Below are positions 30,804 to 43,197 of a stretch of 64,000 bases of DNA, piece by piece. Under the pieces are notes generated by a model that saw only the letters and a program-made list of their open reading frames with translations, did no database searches and was not told where the DNA came from. The stretch is from an uncultured Planctomycetota bacterium (GTDB lineage: Bacteria; Planctomycetota; Planctomycetia; Isosphaerales; Isosphaeraceae), in assembly GCA_963845755.1 (NCBI GenBank), contig CAWJTV010000025.1, positions 266,745 to 330,744 on the forward strand, written 5' to 3'. Each line of letters begins with the position of its first letter. The first letter of the stretch is position 1. A program made the translations under genes and the position numbers.

Positions 30804-33800
30804 TCACGGCGTTTTCTGCCCCAACTCACCGGTCGGCAGCGCGACCTGCGCCGGGCTGACCAGGTAGGAGACGAGAGAACGGACCTCGTGCTCCGAGAGC
30901 GGCGTCCAGAGGTCTTCTGGCATCATCGACTGATCGCTCTGCCGGCGCTCCTCGACATCACTCTTGGGCAAGGTGACCGTCTCGTTCGCCGTGACCAGGG
31001 TGATCGTGTCCTTGTCCTCGGCGCGGATGATACCCGTGAGGATCCGGCCGTCGGACGTGGCGACGACATGGGCCAGGTAGTCCTTGCCGATCAGGGCACC
31101 CGGGTCGAGGACGTTGGAGAGCACGTAGTCGAGGTCCCTTCGGTTGGAGCCGGTCAGATCGGGCCCGACCTGACCGCCCACGCCGAAGAGGGTGTGGCAC
31201 TGCTGGCAGGTCCTCGCGAAGACGGCGCGGCCCAGTGATGGGTCGGGCGTTCGAGCGGGTTTCGACGTCAGCATGCTCTTGTACCGGGCGATTGTCCGGG
31301 CGCGATCCGCGGTCGTCTCGCGGACGGTCCCCCAGACCCGCACGATCTGGGAGTCGATGTCGGCGTCCTTGAAGTTGCGGACCTGTCTCACGAGGTCGGC
31401 CGTCAGATCCGCTCGCGGCAGCTTGCCGGACTCGACAGCCGCGAGCAAGGCACGAGCCCATCCCTTGCGGGCCGCGAGCGTATTCAGGACGTCGCGACGC
31501 TCGGATTGCCCGAGGCTCGAGTAGGCCCCGAGCAGGACCTCGGGCGTCGCCGGATCGTCGTAAGCCGACAGCCCTCGCACCGCCGGACCACCCAGATCGG
31601 GATCCGGGAGCAGGGTGGCCAATGCCGCCGGCAGCGACGGGTCCTTCACCTTGAGCAGGGCCGCCATCGCCTCGCGCCTCAGATCGAGCCTGGCCCTGGA
31701 ATCGGACAGGACGCCGCGTAGGGTTTCACGAGCCGATGGATCGCCGAACGTCAAGGCCAGCGCCACGGCCCGCGAGCGAACGCGCACATCGGCATCGGTG
31801 GCCAGCATCGCGAAAACCTTGGGCCACTCCGCGGGCATCGCCACTTGCCGCCGACCGCGCAGGCCCTCCTCGATGCCGAGCAAGAGCGTCTCACGACCGG
31901 CGGATGAGGGAGCACGACCCAGCTCCTCGACCAGGATCGCCAGCGACTCCGGCGTACCCATCGAACCGATCCGGCGCGCCATGAACTCCTGGATGCGGGG
32001 GATCCGCGACGAGGCCGCCAGCCGCGCGGCACGGCGCATGTCGACCGCGGCCAGTGGTTCGGCGGCATACCAATACATGAACGGGAGATTTGGATCGGCC
32101 GCGTCCTCGGAATGGCCGATCAGCCCGGCGACGATCTCCCAGCGCTGCTCCAGCGGCAGACGTTGCAAGGCCGAGGCCAGGTAGAGACGGACCACCGGTG
32201 AGGGATCGCGGCGCACCTGCTCGGCGAACCTGGCGAGGCGGTAGCTCGGCAGCATACCGTGCTCGGTCGTCAGTTGAATCGTCCAGGCCCGGATCATCGG
32301 GTCGGGGTCGTCCGGAGTCTCGTGGAGCGGCTTGACATCAATGTCTCCGCGCTCCCGCAGTCCACCGACGGCATGCCGCGCCCAGAGGATCCGGAGCTGG
32401 ACTTCGGGATGGCCCGGGTTCGCCCGGCTCAAGGCTCGGAGCCTCTCATCAACCTCGTCGCTCGGACCCCGCTCCTGGAGGATCCGACGCGCATGACGGG
32501 CATACCACTCGTTGGGGTGTGCCTGCAACCGGACCAACGCCGGATTGTCCAGGCTGCGGAGGTCTTGCTGATCGGGCTTCGGCCCACCGTAGCGGACCTT
32601 GAAGATCCGACCGTTCGTCCGGTCGTGGAGATTGACCTCATTGTGGTGGCACTGGTTCTTGTCGTACCAGTCGATCATGTAGACGCTGCCATCGGGCCCG
32701 TACTCGAGGTGGACGATCTGCGACCACAAATCATTGGCCAGAAGGAAGTCGGGGGCATGCGAGCCGGTGAAGCCGGACCCGTTCGGCTTGAGGATGTCGC
32801 GGTTGATCCGCGCCCCGTGGATGTTGTTCATGAACAGGGATCCGCGATACTCGGCCGGCCAGGAATCGCCGAGGTAGATCATCGCCCCGGAGTGGGCATG
32901 GCCGCCGCCCGCGGAATCGGATCGCCCGTTGCCGGCGTGCGGGTTGAAGCCGAGGTAATGGCGATGATCGGCCATCGTCTTGATGTCGTCATACGTATAA
33001 GGATTGAAGTGCTGGCCGGCCTGGCGTTCGTACCGGCCTCCCTGGGCGATGTGGTAGAGGTGCGGGATGACGCATGCCGTGATGATCATTTGGCCGCGGG
33101 CGTCGAAATCGATGCCCCAGGGGTTGCTGGTCCCCTGGGCGAAGACCTCGAACACGTGTCGGGTCGGGTGATAGCGCCAGATTCCCGCGTTGATCGGGGT
33201 GCGTTGCGTCGGGCGGCGTTCCGGGCTTGCCGACCCGGGAATGGGTGAAGACCCCATGGCAGCCGTAGAGCCAGCCGTCCGGGCCCCAGGTGAAGGTATT
33301 GAGCGTCTCGTGAGTATCCTGCTGTCCCCAGCCGTCGAGCAAGACCTGCGGCGGCCCGTCGGGGCGGTCGTCGCCGTCCGGGTCGGGGATGAACAGCAGT
33401 TGAGGAGCGGCACCGACCCAGACGCCGCCGAATCCGACGGCCAGTCCGCTGACGAGGTTGAGGTGATCGGCGAAGACCGTGCGTTTGTTGAACCGGCCGT
33501 CGTTATCGGTGTCTTCGAAGATGAGGATGCGGTCTCTGGCCTGGGCGTCTGGCACCCGGCGCGGGTAGGAATACGCCTCGGCGACCCAGACCCGGCCCCG
33601 GTCGTCGATTGCCATCGCGATCGGCTGAACGACGTCGGGCTCGCCGGCAAAGAGGGTCACCTTGAAGCCGGGTGGGACGGTCATCGCCCGCGCGGCCTCC
33701 TCGGGACCGAGCCCGGCGTGTTCGTAGACGTCGAGCGCCGCGGGCCGTCGCCGTGGCGGGACGACCGGCCTCGACTCGTGCAGCCGGAAGTCGTCGAAGT

Positions 33801-34352
33801 TGATGTGGCCCCAACCCACCGTCTCCTCGTCCACCAGCCGGATCACGATCTCCCGGCCGAGGTGGTCCGTCAGATCGGCGACGACGCGTTCCATGTCCTC
33901 ATCATCGTCTCCCGAGGCACGAAAGACGACCTTTCCCGTGTCCTTGCGAACGAGCTCCACGCAGGTCCGGGCGTGTGACCCGGCCCCGATCAGGAAGCTG
34001 GCGAACGGCCTGGTGACCCGGAAGGGGACCGAGGTCAAGGTGCCCTTCGGCCGATCGCCGCCGACCTCAAAGGTCCCGACCCAGAACCGTCCGGCATGCC
34101 GGCTAGACATGTCGCCGCGTCGCCGGTGCACCGTGTCGCCCTCGATGGGCTGACCACGGAAGGCATCGCCTTCGGCCGTCCAATCCACCAGGGTGCCGGT
34201 TTCGAAGTCCAGGTTCAGCGGACGGCCCCCGGCATCGGTCGGGAGTGTTCCCGCCTCGACCGGCGCCCTTTGGGCGTATCGGCCGAGATGTCCGACGAAC
34301 CGAGCAACAGGACAAGGCCGACGACCGTGTAGAATGAGAGCGAACGTGCCAT
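30804..34352 (-). CDS. PVC-type heme-binding CxxCH protein (membrane-bound dehydrogenase-like beta-propeller, HEAT repeats, cytochrome c); frame breaks near 34260 and 33210
   Basis: Signal peptide MARSLSF...; VPPGFKVTLFAGEP..QPIAMAIDDRGR, WGPDGWLYG, GRAVFARTCQQCH...GPDLT, SMMPE. Confidence 0.85.
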
Positions 34353-34643
34353 GGTTTGATCCAGGGTCCTTGTAGAGGGCAGGGGGGTGATCTGGTCCGA
34401 ATGCGTCAAACCGATCCCGGATCGACCGATTCGCGATCCGGTCCACTCCAGGATACGACGATGTGGAGGTCCTGGGGAGTCGGCAACGGTGACAACACCT
34501 CCTGGCCTCCCGTCGGTCTCTCGGCGAAAAGTGTTGGCGGCCGTTGCCATTGCGGATTAGCCTGGGGAAGTTCGGCTCCCGTCGCGACGGAGTCTTTCTG
34601 GATGACATGATGGGATCCCTCTCTCGCTCATGACGGAGACCTG

Positions 34644-35954
34644 ATGCGCCCGTTCGAGTTGATCGCCATCTTGATCGTGCTGACCGCCCTGTTCAGCTAT
34701 ATCAATGTCCGCCTGCTGAGGCTCCCACCCACGATCGGCCTGATGGCGCTCAGCCTGCTCTTTGCGATCGCACTCGTCGCGATCGAGGCATTCGTGCCGA
34801 CGGTCGCGGAGCAGGCCCGCGCGGTGGCCAGACAGTTCGAGCTGGACCAGACGCTGTTACACGGCATGCTCGGTTTCCTCCTGTTCGCGGGGGCGTTCCA
34901 CGTCAACCTGGGCGACCTGCTGGATCACAAGTGGCCGATCGCGGTCCTGGCGACCCTCGGCGTCCTGATCTCGACGGTCATCGTCGGCGGCGTGACCTGG
35001 GGCGTGCTTCGCCTGTTCGGCCTGCATCTCCGTCCGATCGACTGCCTACTCTTCGGTGCATTGATCTCGCCGACCGACCCCATCGCGGTGCTCGCCTTGC
35101 TCAAGGGGACCGGCGCCCCGAAGCGGCTGGAGATCCAGATCGCGGGCGAGTCGCTATTCAATGACGGCGTCGGCGTCGTGGTCTTCCTGGGCTTGCTGGA
35201 AATCGCCGCGGGCCACGAGCAACTGCGACCCGGGTTCCTCGTCGAGCTATTCGTCCGCGAGGCCATCGGCGGGGCCCTCTTCGGCCTCTTGATCGGCCTG
35301 GTCGTTTATGGGCTCCTCAAATCGGTGGACCACTACCGCCTGGAGATCTTGCTCTCGCTGGCGTTGGTCGCCGGCGGCTATGCTCTGGCCGAAAACCTGG
35401 GTGTTTCCGCTCCCATCGCCATGGTCGTGGCCGGCCTCCTGATCGGCAATCACGGCCGGAGCTTCGCCATGTCGCCAACCACCACGGAGCACATCGATCG
35501 ATTCTGGGGCCTGCTCGACGAACTCCTCAACGCCGTCCTGTTCGTGATGATCGGGATGGAAGTCCTGGTGTTGAACTTCACCACCCGCTACTTCCTGGCG
35601 GGAGTCACGATGGTGGCCGTCGTCCTGATGGCCCGGCTTATCTCGGTCGGTGTGCCGATCTGGCTCCTCAGGCGCTGGGAGCGGTTCGAAGCCTCCATGA
35701 TCCCGATCCTGACCTGGGGCGGATTGCGCGGCGGTATCTCGGTCGCCCTGGCACTGTCCTTACCCGAGCCCATCGATGGTGCCGAGAGGCTCACCCGGGA
35801 GGTGATCCTCGCGATCACCTACGTGGTCGTCGTCTTCTCGATCCTCGTCCAGGGATTGACGATCGGACCGTTGACTCGCTCGTGGCTGACGCCGGATGGC
35901 GCGACGACCCATTCCGCACGCCCGGCCCAGGACGGGGCGACCTCGGGTCGTTGA
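34644..35954 (+). CDS. nhaP: CPA1 family Na+/H+ antiporter
   Basis: [36 protein letters not shown]; about 12 TMs. Confidence 0.9.
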   Translation: MRPFELIAILIVLTALFSYINVRLLRLPPTIGLMALSLLFAIALVAIEAFVPTVAEQARAVARQFELDQTLLHGMLGFLLFAGAFHVNLGDLLDHKWPIAVLATLGVLISTVIVGGVTWGVLRLFGLHLRPIDCLLFGALISPTDPIAVLALLKGTGAPKRLEIQIAGESLFNDGVGVVVFLGLLEIAAGHEQLRPGFLVELFVREAIGGALFGLLIGLVVYGLLKSVDHYRLEILLSLALVAGGYALAENLGVSAPIAMVVAGLLIGNHGRSFAMSPTTTEHIDRFWGLLDELLNAVLFVMIGMEVLVLNFTTRYFLAGVTMVAVVLMARLISVGVPIWLLRRWERFEASMIPILTWGGLRGGISVALALSLPEPIDGAERLTREVILAITYVVVVFSILVQGLTIGPLTRSWLTPDGATTHSARPAQDGATSGR

Positions 35955-36216
35955 CAGCGTGAATTCGTAAGGGGCGCACCGGCAAATCGCCCATTCGCGC
36001 GATTTCGCGATTTCGCGGACGACGCGATTTCCATCGCGTTGACGACGGATTATACTAGGAACCCGGATTCCCGACCCTATTCGCATTCACGACCGGCGGG
36101 AACCCGAGCAACTCCCCAGGGGACCTGCCTGGTCATCGCCGGATTGGTACGATCGCATCACGGTAAGTCTCAACAATTCCTGACCTGAAACATCACCGAT
36201 TTCGCGAGTCATAATC

Positions 36217-37085
36217 ATGCGATGGCAAGACTTACGCCGAAGCGAGAACGTCGAGGATCGGCGGCGGGTCACTCCCGCTGGGATCGCCGTGGGCGGAGGA
36301 GTCGGGACCCTGCTCTTCGTGGTCGTCGCACTCTTCCTGCGGCGCCGATCCGCAGAAGATCCTCAGTCTGCTCCAGAATAACCCGGCGGCCGTCCAGCAG
36401 CAGCCGGGTGGACCCGGGATTCCCCAAGGCGAGGACAAGGACGCCGAGCAGGTCAACTTCGTTAAGGCTGTGCTCGGCGACACCGAGGACGTCTGGAAGG
36501 AGCTTTTCGGCCGGATGAACAAAGATTACAAAGAACCGCACCTGGAACTCTTCACCGGTCAGACCAGGTCGGGATGCGGCTTTGCCAGCGCGGCCATGGG
36601 GCCGTTCTACTGTCCGGCGAATGAGATGGTCTACATCGACCTCGGCTTCTACCGGGAGCTGGCGGAGCGGTTCAAGGCTCCGGGTGATTTCGCCCGAGCC
36701 TACGTCCTGCGCCCATGAGGTCGGACATCACGTCCAAAACCAGCTCGGGATCAGCGGAAAGGTGCACGCCCGACAGGAGCGAGCGAGCAAGACCGAGGCC
36801 AATGAGCTCTCGGTTCGGCTCGAGCTCCAGGCCGATTTCCTGGCCGGGGTCTGGGCGCACCACGCCGAGCGGTCCAAGAAGATTCTCGAGAAAGGGGACG
36901 TCGAGTCTGCGCTCAGAGCGGCGACGGCGATCGGCGACGACCGCCTCCAGAAGCAGAGCCAGGGTTATGTCGTCCCCGACTCATTCACCCACGGCACGTC
37001 GGAACAGCGCGTCCGCTGGTTCCGCCGCGGTCTCGAGACCGGCGACATCAACCAGGGCGATACGTTCTCCGCGCAATCGTTATGA
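36217..37085 (+). CDS. ypfJ: Neutral zinc metallopeptidase, YpfJ family (frame breaks near 36340 and 36710)
   Basis: [52 protein letters not shown]. Confidence 0.85.
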
Positions 37086-37195
37086 TCGATCGTCACCCAG
37101 GAATCGCGACTGGCCGGCAGGAGAAAGTCCTCTGGATCGACGAAGCTCCGGTACGGTACTGGGCCTGATGTTTCAACCACTCACGAGGTCGTGCG

Positions 37196-37600
37196 ATGAG
37201 CAGCATCATTGAGGTGGAAGGAATTGGAGAGGTCTACGCCAGGAAGCTCAAAGACGCGGGAATCTCCACCAGCGAAGGTCTGCTCGAAAAGGGCGCGACT
37301 CCCGCCGGTCGCGAGAAAATCGCGAAGGACACGGGCATCAGCCATATCCGGATCCTCCGGTGGGTCAATCATGTCAACCTGTTCCGGATCAAGGGCATCG
37401 AGACCCAGTACGCCGAGCTGCTCGAGGCGGCCGGGGTCGATACGGTCCCCGAGCTGGCCCAGAGGAACCCGGCCCATCTGCTGAAAGCGCTGTCCGAGGT
37501 CAAGGAGAACAAACACCTGGTTCGCAAGCTTCCGTCGCAGGATCAGGTCGCCGACTGGATCAAACAGGCGAAGAAGCTGCCCCGGGTCGTCACGTATTGA
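37196..37600 (+). CDS. DUF4332 domain (HhH-like) protein
   Basis: IEVEGIG.VY..KL, LFRIKGI..QYAELLEAAGVDTVPELAQRNP. Confidence 0.8.
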   Translation: MSSIIEVEGIGEVYARKLKDAGISTSEGLLEKGATPAGREKIAKDTGISHIRILRWVNHVNLFRIKGIETQYAELLEAAGVDTVPELAQRNPAHLLKALSEVKENKHLVRKLPSQDQVADWIKQAKKLPRVVTY

Positions 37601-37715
37601 GTCGCGACCGAGTCGTTCTTGGATCCTCCGGCAGGTTCGACAAACGGGGTGATCCGTGGAAAGTCCGCGTACCAAACGGCCTGCATTCGTCTCGAGTCGA
37701 AAGAAGCATCTCGCT

Positions 37716-38675
37716 ATGAAACGACCATGGGCGGCTTTGCTCGGGACGGGGATGGCAATCGTGGCACTCTGTGCGGCGGACGGCCCTCAGAAAGAGGGCT
37801 CCCGGCCGCCAGTACCGGGCGGCGCACCGACTGCCGATTCCGCGGGGCGATCCGAGGACGAGAACGCGATCCGCACCGGTGTCGCGTCGTTCGCTCGGGC
37901 TTTCCGGGACAGGGATGCCAGGGCGATCGCGCGGATGTTCGCCGAGGACGGCGAAGCCGTTGACTCCGAAGGTGGCACCATCCAGGGCCGTGCGGCAATC
38001 GAGGCGCACTACACAACTCGCTTCGCGGACGAGCCGGGTGACACGCTCGAAACCACGATCGAGTCCATCAAGTTCCTCGCGCCGGGTATCGCGCGGGAAA
38101 CCGGCCGCACGCGGGTCCTGCCCTCCGATGGCGGGACGCCCACCGAGGGCCGATTCGCGGCAATCCATGTGAAACGAGACGGCCAATGGCTCATCGCCAG
38201 CGTCCGCGAGATCGCGGAAACGGGAATCAGCCATCACGAGCGCCTCAAGGAGATCGCGTGGCTGGTGGGCGACTGGGTCGAGGAGACGCCGGACGCGGTG
38301 GTCACGACATCCGTCGCCTGGAGCGACAACGACAATTTCCTGCTCCGCTCGTTCCAGGTTCGCGTCACGGGCAAGCCCGCCCTGAGCGGAACCCAGCGGA
38401 TTGGCTGGGACCCGCTCACCAAGCAGATCAAGTCCTGGGTCTTCGACTCTCAGGGAGGTTATGGCGAGGGCTTGTGGACCCGGTCCGGAAACGAGTGGGT
38501 CATCAAGGCCACCGGCGTGCGCCCGGACGGTCGCGTCGCCACGGCCACTCAGGTGCTCACTTACGTGAATAAAGACACCCTGCGCTGGAAGTCGATCGAC
38601 CGGACCCTCGGGGAGGAGCTCATGCCTCAGATCGGCGAGATTGTGATGGTCCGCAAACCTCCCCAACCGAGATGA
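37716..38675 (+). CDS. Secreted SnoaL/NTF2-like (YybH/DUF4440) protein
   Basis: Signal peptide; AF...DA.AIA..FAEDG, GRAAIE, WLVGDW, IGWDP...IKSWVFDS.GG. Confidence 0.75.
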   Translation: MKRPWAALLGTGMAIVALCAADGPQKEGSRPPVPGGAPTADSAGRSEDENAIRTGVASFARAFRDRDARAIARMFAEDGEAVDSEGGTIQGRAAIEAHYTTRFADEPGDTLETTIESIKFLAPGIARETGRTRVLPSDGGTPTEGRFAAIHVKRDGQWLIASVREIAETGISHHERLKEIAWLVGDWVEETPDAVVTTSVAWSDNDNFLLRSFQVRVTGKPALSGTQRIGWDPLTKQIKSWVFDSQGGYGEGLWTRSGNEWVIKATGVRPDGRVATATQVLTYVNKDTLRWKSIDRTLGEELMPQIGEIVMVRKPPQPR

Positions 38676-38727
38676 CGCAGCAGGACCGGGAACCGAACTC
38701 GGAATCGACGGAGCGCTCGAGGAATTC

Positions 38728-40734
38728 ATGATAAACCCCATACGGACGGCACTCGCGGGAATCATCGTCCTGGCGGTCGGCACCGGCATCGCCGAGGCGC
38801 AGCACAACCGGCGCGGCGGGATGGTCGGCAATCGAGGTGGCGCGGCCCGGCCCGGCATGAGCGGTGCGCCCTCGTTCAGTCCGCCTGCGTCCCGACCCGG
38901 TGCGGGCGGAGTGAATCGTCCGCCGAACCTCAATCCTGGAAATCAGGCTCGGCCCGGGCCGCCGCAGGCCGGCGGGTCGAATCGACCGAATCCGGGGGGG
39001 ACACCCGGCCCGGCGAATCGACCGCGCCCGGTGGTATCCCCGGTAACCGACCTGGAGCCGGAAATCGACCCGCGGGAGGAGGGCCGCCGGGCAGCGGCAA
39101 TCCTGGACCTGCTCAACGTCCTCCCGGCGCAGGAATCGGCGGCAATCGGCCTGGCGCAGGAATCGGCGACAATCGGCCCGGTGGCAATCGGCCCGGCGCA
39201 GGAATCGGCGACAATCGGCCCGGTGGCAATCGGCCCGGTGGCGGATTCGTCGGCAACCGTCCGGGATCCGGACAGGATCGTCCTGGTTCGGGGGACCACC
39301 TTGGCGTCGTCAACCGGCCCAACAGCGGCAATACCGTCGTCAACCGGCCCAACAGCGGCAACACCGTTGTCAATCGGCCCAACAGCGGCAACACCGTTGT
39401 CAATCGGCCGACCAATATCAACACGAACATCACGAACAACAATGTCACAAACGTCTCTTCGAATCGCGTGACCAACGTCACGAACGTCAACCGGGCCGGC
39501 TATGGCGGCGGGTACCGGCCCGGGGGATGGGGTGGCGCAGTACCGGCCGAACCCTTACGCCGCTTATCACCAGGGTTGGGTCAACGGCTACTGGAACGGC
39601 AATTATTCGTCGGGGTGGGGTTTGAACAACGTTGGCAATAGCGCTCTGGGGCGGGGTGTCGGCGTTGGGATGGCGGCCTGGGGAGTGGGCTCCCTGTTCA
39701 ATAACTGGGGCTATTCGCGGTACTCCAATCCTTACTACGGTTCGACCGTCGGGGTCGTCCAGCAGCCGGGAGTCGTCCAGCAGCCGGTCGCATATGACTA
39801 TTCGCGACCGATCGACCTGGCTAGTCAGCCCCCTTCGCAACCGGTCATGGATGAGGCGGTCGCGACCTTCGACGCGGCGAGAGCCTCGTTCCAGGCGGGC
39901 GACTATGCCCAGGCCCTCAAGCTCGCCGATCAAGCGCTCGGAAAGACGCCGAACGATCCCATGATCCACGAGTTCCGCGCGATCTGTCTCTTCGCCCTTG
40001 GGCGTTATGATGAAGCGGCCGTGCCGATGTACACGGTGCTCTCGACCGGTCCCGGCTGGGACTGGACGACTCTTGCTGGTCTGTATCCGAGCGTCAACAC
40101 CTACACGCAGCAACTCCGTGCGCTGGAAAACTACTGCGTCGCGACGCCCAATGCCGCGGCGGCTCGGTTCTTACTTGCCTCCCTCTACATGACTCAAGGC
40201 AGCATGGACAACGCCGCGGAGATCCTCAAGCAGGTCGTCGCCATCCAGCCACAAGATCGACTCTCGGCCCAGCTCCTCGAGAACTTGACTCCCAAGACGG
40301 CACAAGCAGAGTCGCAGCCATCCACCGATCAGCCGACAGTTGCTGCCACACCGAACGACCCTGCCCAGCCGCCGGCTGGCGCGAACCCGACTCCTCCCGA
40401 GTCGCCGAGTGCTCCGGAGCCTCCACCGGGTCCATCGATGCCTACGGGTGCTCTCCCGAGCAAGCTCGTCGGCTCCTGGAACGCCAACCCGGCGAAGGAT
40501 GTCACGATTAACCTGTCCCTGGACAAGGCAAACGGCTTTACGTGGAAAGTCATCGAGCGAGGCCAGGTGCGTGAGTTTCGGGGTTCGGCGGCGTTCGACG
40601 ACGACATCCTGTCACTGACACCGCCAGACCAGCCTGCCATGGTCGGGAAAGTCAACTGGAAGGATGACAAGCATTTCCAGTTTCGAGCGCTCGGCGCACC
40701 GGCGGACGATCCGGGTGTCCTGTTCGGGGGATGA
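38728..40734 (+). CDS. Secreted Gly/Asn/Pro-repeat protein with TPR domain (frame breaks near 39025 and 39525)
   Basis: Signal peptide; GNRPG and VVNRPNSGNT repeats; YSNPYY; AR.SF.AGDY..AL..HEFRA.CLFALG.Y, PGWDWTTL. Confidence 0.7.
39125..39412 (+). repeat. Coding tandem repeats (ggcaatcggcccggt-type units, then 30-bp units gtcgtcaaccggcccaacagcggcaatacc)
   Basis: Directly visible. Confidence 0.85.
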
Positions 40735-40805
40735 CGTGCTCGACACGCGTCAAGAGTGCCTCGCCGGCGAACGAGGATGCCCGGACCGTTCTGGGTCTCC
40801 GCATC

Positions 40806-41567
40806 TTAGGCAGCCGACTTGGTCCTGGTAACCGGCGTGCGCTCGACATGAACCTCCCTGACTTTACGACCACCGGCCTCCACGTAGATCGTCACGGGCG
40901 CACCCACTTTCAACGCCGGGTCCTTCACTCCCACTTTGCTCGCCGTTCCCCTGACGACGACTTTCAGATCGTTCGCGAGAAACCACGAACGGCTCTTGCC
41001 GTTCAGGAGCGTCACCACCAGATGATGGCGTTCCGGGTCGTAGGATTTCACCTTGCCGGGGATCTCATCGTCCTCATCTTCCGGCTCCTCCTCAGCCGCA
41101 ACCTTCGTCGCGACCTTGCCGGCTGCGGGGGGTGCTGGCTTGGTCGCTTTTGTCGTTTGCTGCTTCTTCGAGGAAACACGCTTGCCCGGTGTGCGGGTGC
41201 CCGCCTCGGAACCGTCGGGATTCCGGCGATTGTATCCCAGGTGAACCTCCTTGGCGGCGGTGCCCTGCGCCACGATCGTGACCTCCAGGCCCTCGTGGAA
41301 CCGATGGTCCTTCAACCGATGCCGGACCTTTCCCCCTCGAGGACCGAGCATCGTGGTGTCGTCCGTGATCGTGAAGGTTCGCTCGGTACCCGAACTTGTC
41401 TTGATCGAGAGCGTCTGCTTGTCGATATCCACACTCTTCACGTGACCCTCGATCCCCCCGGGAATCTCGGCCTTCTCTCCCTTCTTCGGTTCCTGAGAGG
41501 TGGCTGAGGGGATGCCGATAACAGCGAGTGTGAATCCGGCGATGAGAACCGTCGTCAATCGCAGCAT
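40806..41567 (-). CDS. Secreted hypothetical protein with two OB-fold-like repeats
   Basis: Signal peptide; two G.VKS.D....L.. repeats separated by a charged linker. Confidence 0.6.
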   Translation of the reverse strand: MLRLTTVLIAGFTLAVIGIPSATSQEPKKGEKAEIPGGIEGHVKSVDIDKQTLSIKTSSGTERTFTITDDTTMLGPRGGKVRHRLKDHRFHEGLEVTIVAQGTAAKEVHLGYNRRNPDGSEAGTRTPGKRVSSKKQQTTKATKPAPPAAGKVATKVAAEEEPEDEDDEIPGKVKSYDPERHHLVVTLLNGKSRSWFLANDLKVVVRGTASKVGVKDPALKVGAPVTIYVEAGGRKVREVHVERTPVTRTKSAA

Positions 41568-42208
41568 GGTACATTGCCTCCGAGTAGATGGTTCGATGAG
41601 AGAAATGTTGAACCTTCAGTAGTCGATCCATTCAACGCGCCACGGGGCGAGCAGACCGTTCGACATAGGATGGGCGTCACTCTGAGCGGGGGCCCGGAGA
41701 CCGATCGTTGGAGGAACGGAGATTTGTGGAGGTCGATCCTCCCGGTTCCATCCGCTCGGCTATCGCGACCGCGAATCTCGGATTGACCTTCGACCGCCCC
41801 GAGACTGCGAGTCGGCCCCTCGTGGATCTGCAGAGCTCCCAGATCGTGTGCTGGAACATGCGAACTTATACATCGACTTGGGTTTTGTTCAAGGGGGAAG
41901 TGCCATTCGATTCACGAATGGTAGATTCAAGCACATGGAAGTCTCGCTCTGATCCGGCCCGACGAGATCCGATCATAAGAACGGTCAACGACGACCGTCG
42001 ATCGCCCGCGCTGATCGGACGAGCAGCAGCATCGGGCCGCCGGGTCGCGATTCCGGGATTCGGCGGGATCGACCCCTAGACGCCTCGGTGGGCCGTGTAT
42101 ATAAGCGACAGGGTTCCGATCGACCTCTCGAGCTACATCCGCGCGAACCGCGGGCCGCTCGTTGATCATCAAGACGCACGCAACTCAACTTTCCGTGGAG
42201 AGCACGAC

Positions 42209-42646
42209 ATGTCCGAAGTCGCCAATCAACTCGCGTCCGAGACGGGAGTTTCGAGCGATCTCGTCCTCAAAGGCCTCGGCGCCATCCTGAACTTTATCAA
42301 GGAGAAAGTGGGTACCGAGACGTTCGCCCAGTTCGAGGCGGCCATACCTGGCGCCTCGGACTACATCCAGAAATTCGGGTCGTCAACGGAATCTCCCCAG
42401 GGCGGACTGGTGGGGTTATTCACGGGCCTCGCCAGTAAATTCCTGGGCGGCCGCGCCGAGGAAGCTGTCAAGCTACTGGAGTCGTTTTCCAAGATTGGCT
42501 TCAAGCCCGAGCAGGTCGAAGCCTTCCTGCCGAAGGCTCTCGAGTGGATCAAGTCCCACCTGTCTCCGGATCTCCTCGAGAAGCTGCTGGCCACCCTGCC
42601 GGCACTCGGGAAGATGGCTGGTGCTCAAGCCGAATCGGGAGCCTGA
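42209..42646 (+). CDS. Hypothetical helical protein (DUF2780/DUF937-like)
   Basis: GGAG RBS; LASETGVS.D...KGLGAIL..IKEK. Confidence 0.6.
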   Translation: MSEVANQLASETGVSSDLVLKGLGAILNFIKEKVGTETFAQFEAAIPGASDYIQKFGSSTESPQGGLVGLFTGLASKFLGGRAEEAVKLLESFSKIGFKPEQVEAFLPKALEWIKSHLSPDLLEKLLATLPALGKMAGAQAESGA

Positions 42647-42762
42647 ATCGAGCAACGTGCTCCTCGTGGAGGCTGCGGGGATCCTCACATTGCACACGAT
42701 TTTTCTTACGATTGTAAGAATTGACTGGTGAGAGTCTGTTCCAGGAGCCCGATTTCCTGGCG

Positions 42763-42975
42763 GTGGGGCAGGTGCAACCCACGGACGGAAGTCCCGGGAA
42801 TTCGGTTGGCTGCATCCACCCTACGAAATCGATTTTTGGCCTCATGGAACAGATCCACAGTCCGCGCATGGACGGAATCGAGGGCTCATGCGCCCAGATT
42901 GGTTAAGACTGTCGGCGTAAGGTGGGTGGAACCCACCGTAACCCCGAGCTGGATGGTGGGTTATACCCACGCTAC
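42763..42975. repeat. Two degenerate GTAG-type REP hairpins
   Basis: GTGGGGCAGGTGCAACCCAC...TGCATCCACCCTAC and GTAAGGTGGGTGGAACCCACC...GGTGGGTTATACCCACGCTAC. Confidence 0.65.
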
Positions 42976-43197
42976 ATATCCGCTGGCGGGAATCCTTACC
43001 CGGTTCGACCCATGAGCCGGATCGAGAATTCGCCAGACGCGTGCGGTGTTGGGACCACAGGGAGGAAGACGCGAGTGAATTGAGTCGGGGATGACACTTT
43101 CCGTCGGACTTCCGAACCTTGCGACGGAAGTCTTGAAAAAAAAACCGCCGGAGGGGCTCCGGCGGTTCACGAGGTCGAGTTGCAATGATCGGGACGA

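Noticed and set aside
39125..39412. 30-bp repeats as a possible CRISPR array
   Set aside because: The units are contiguous with no unique spacers, are in-frame coding, and there are no cas genes
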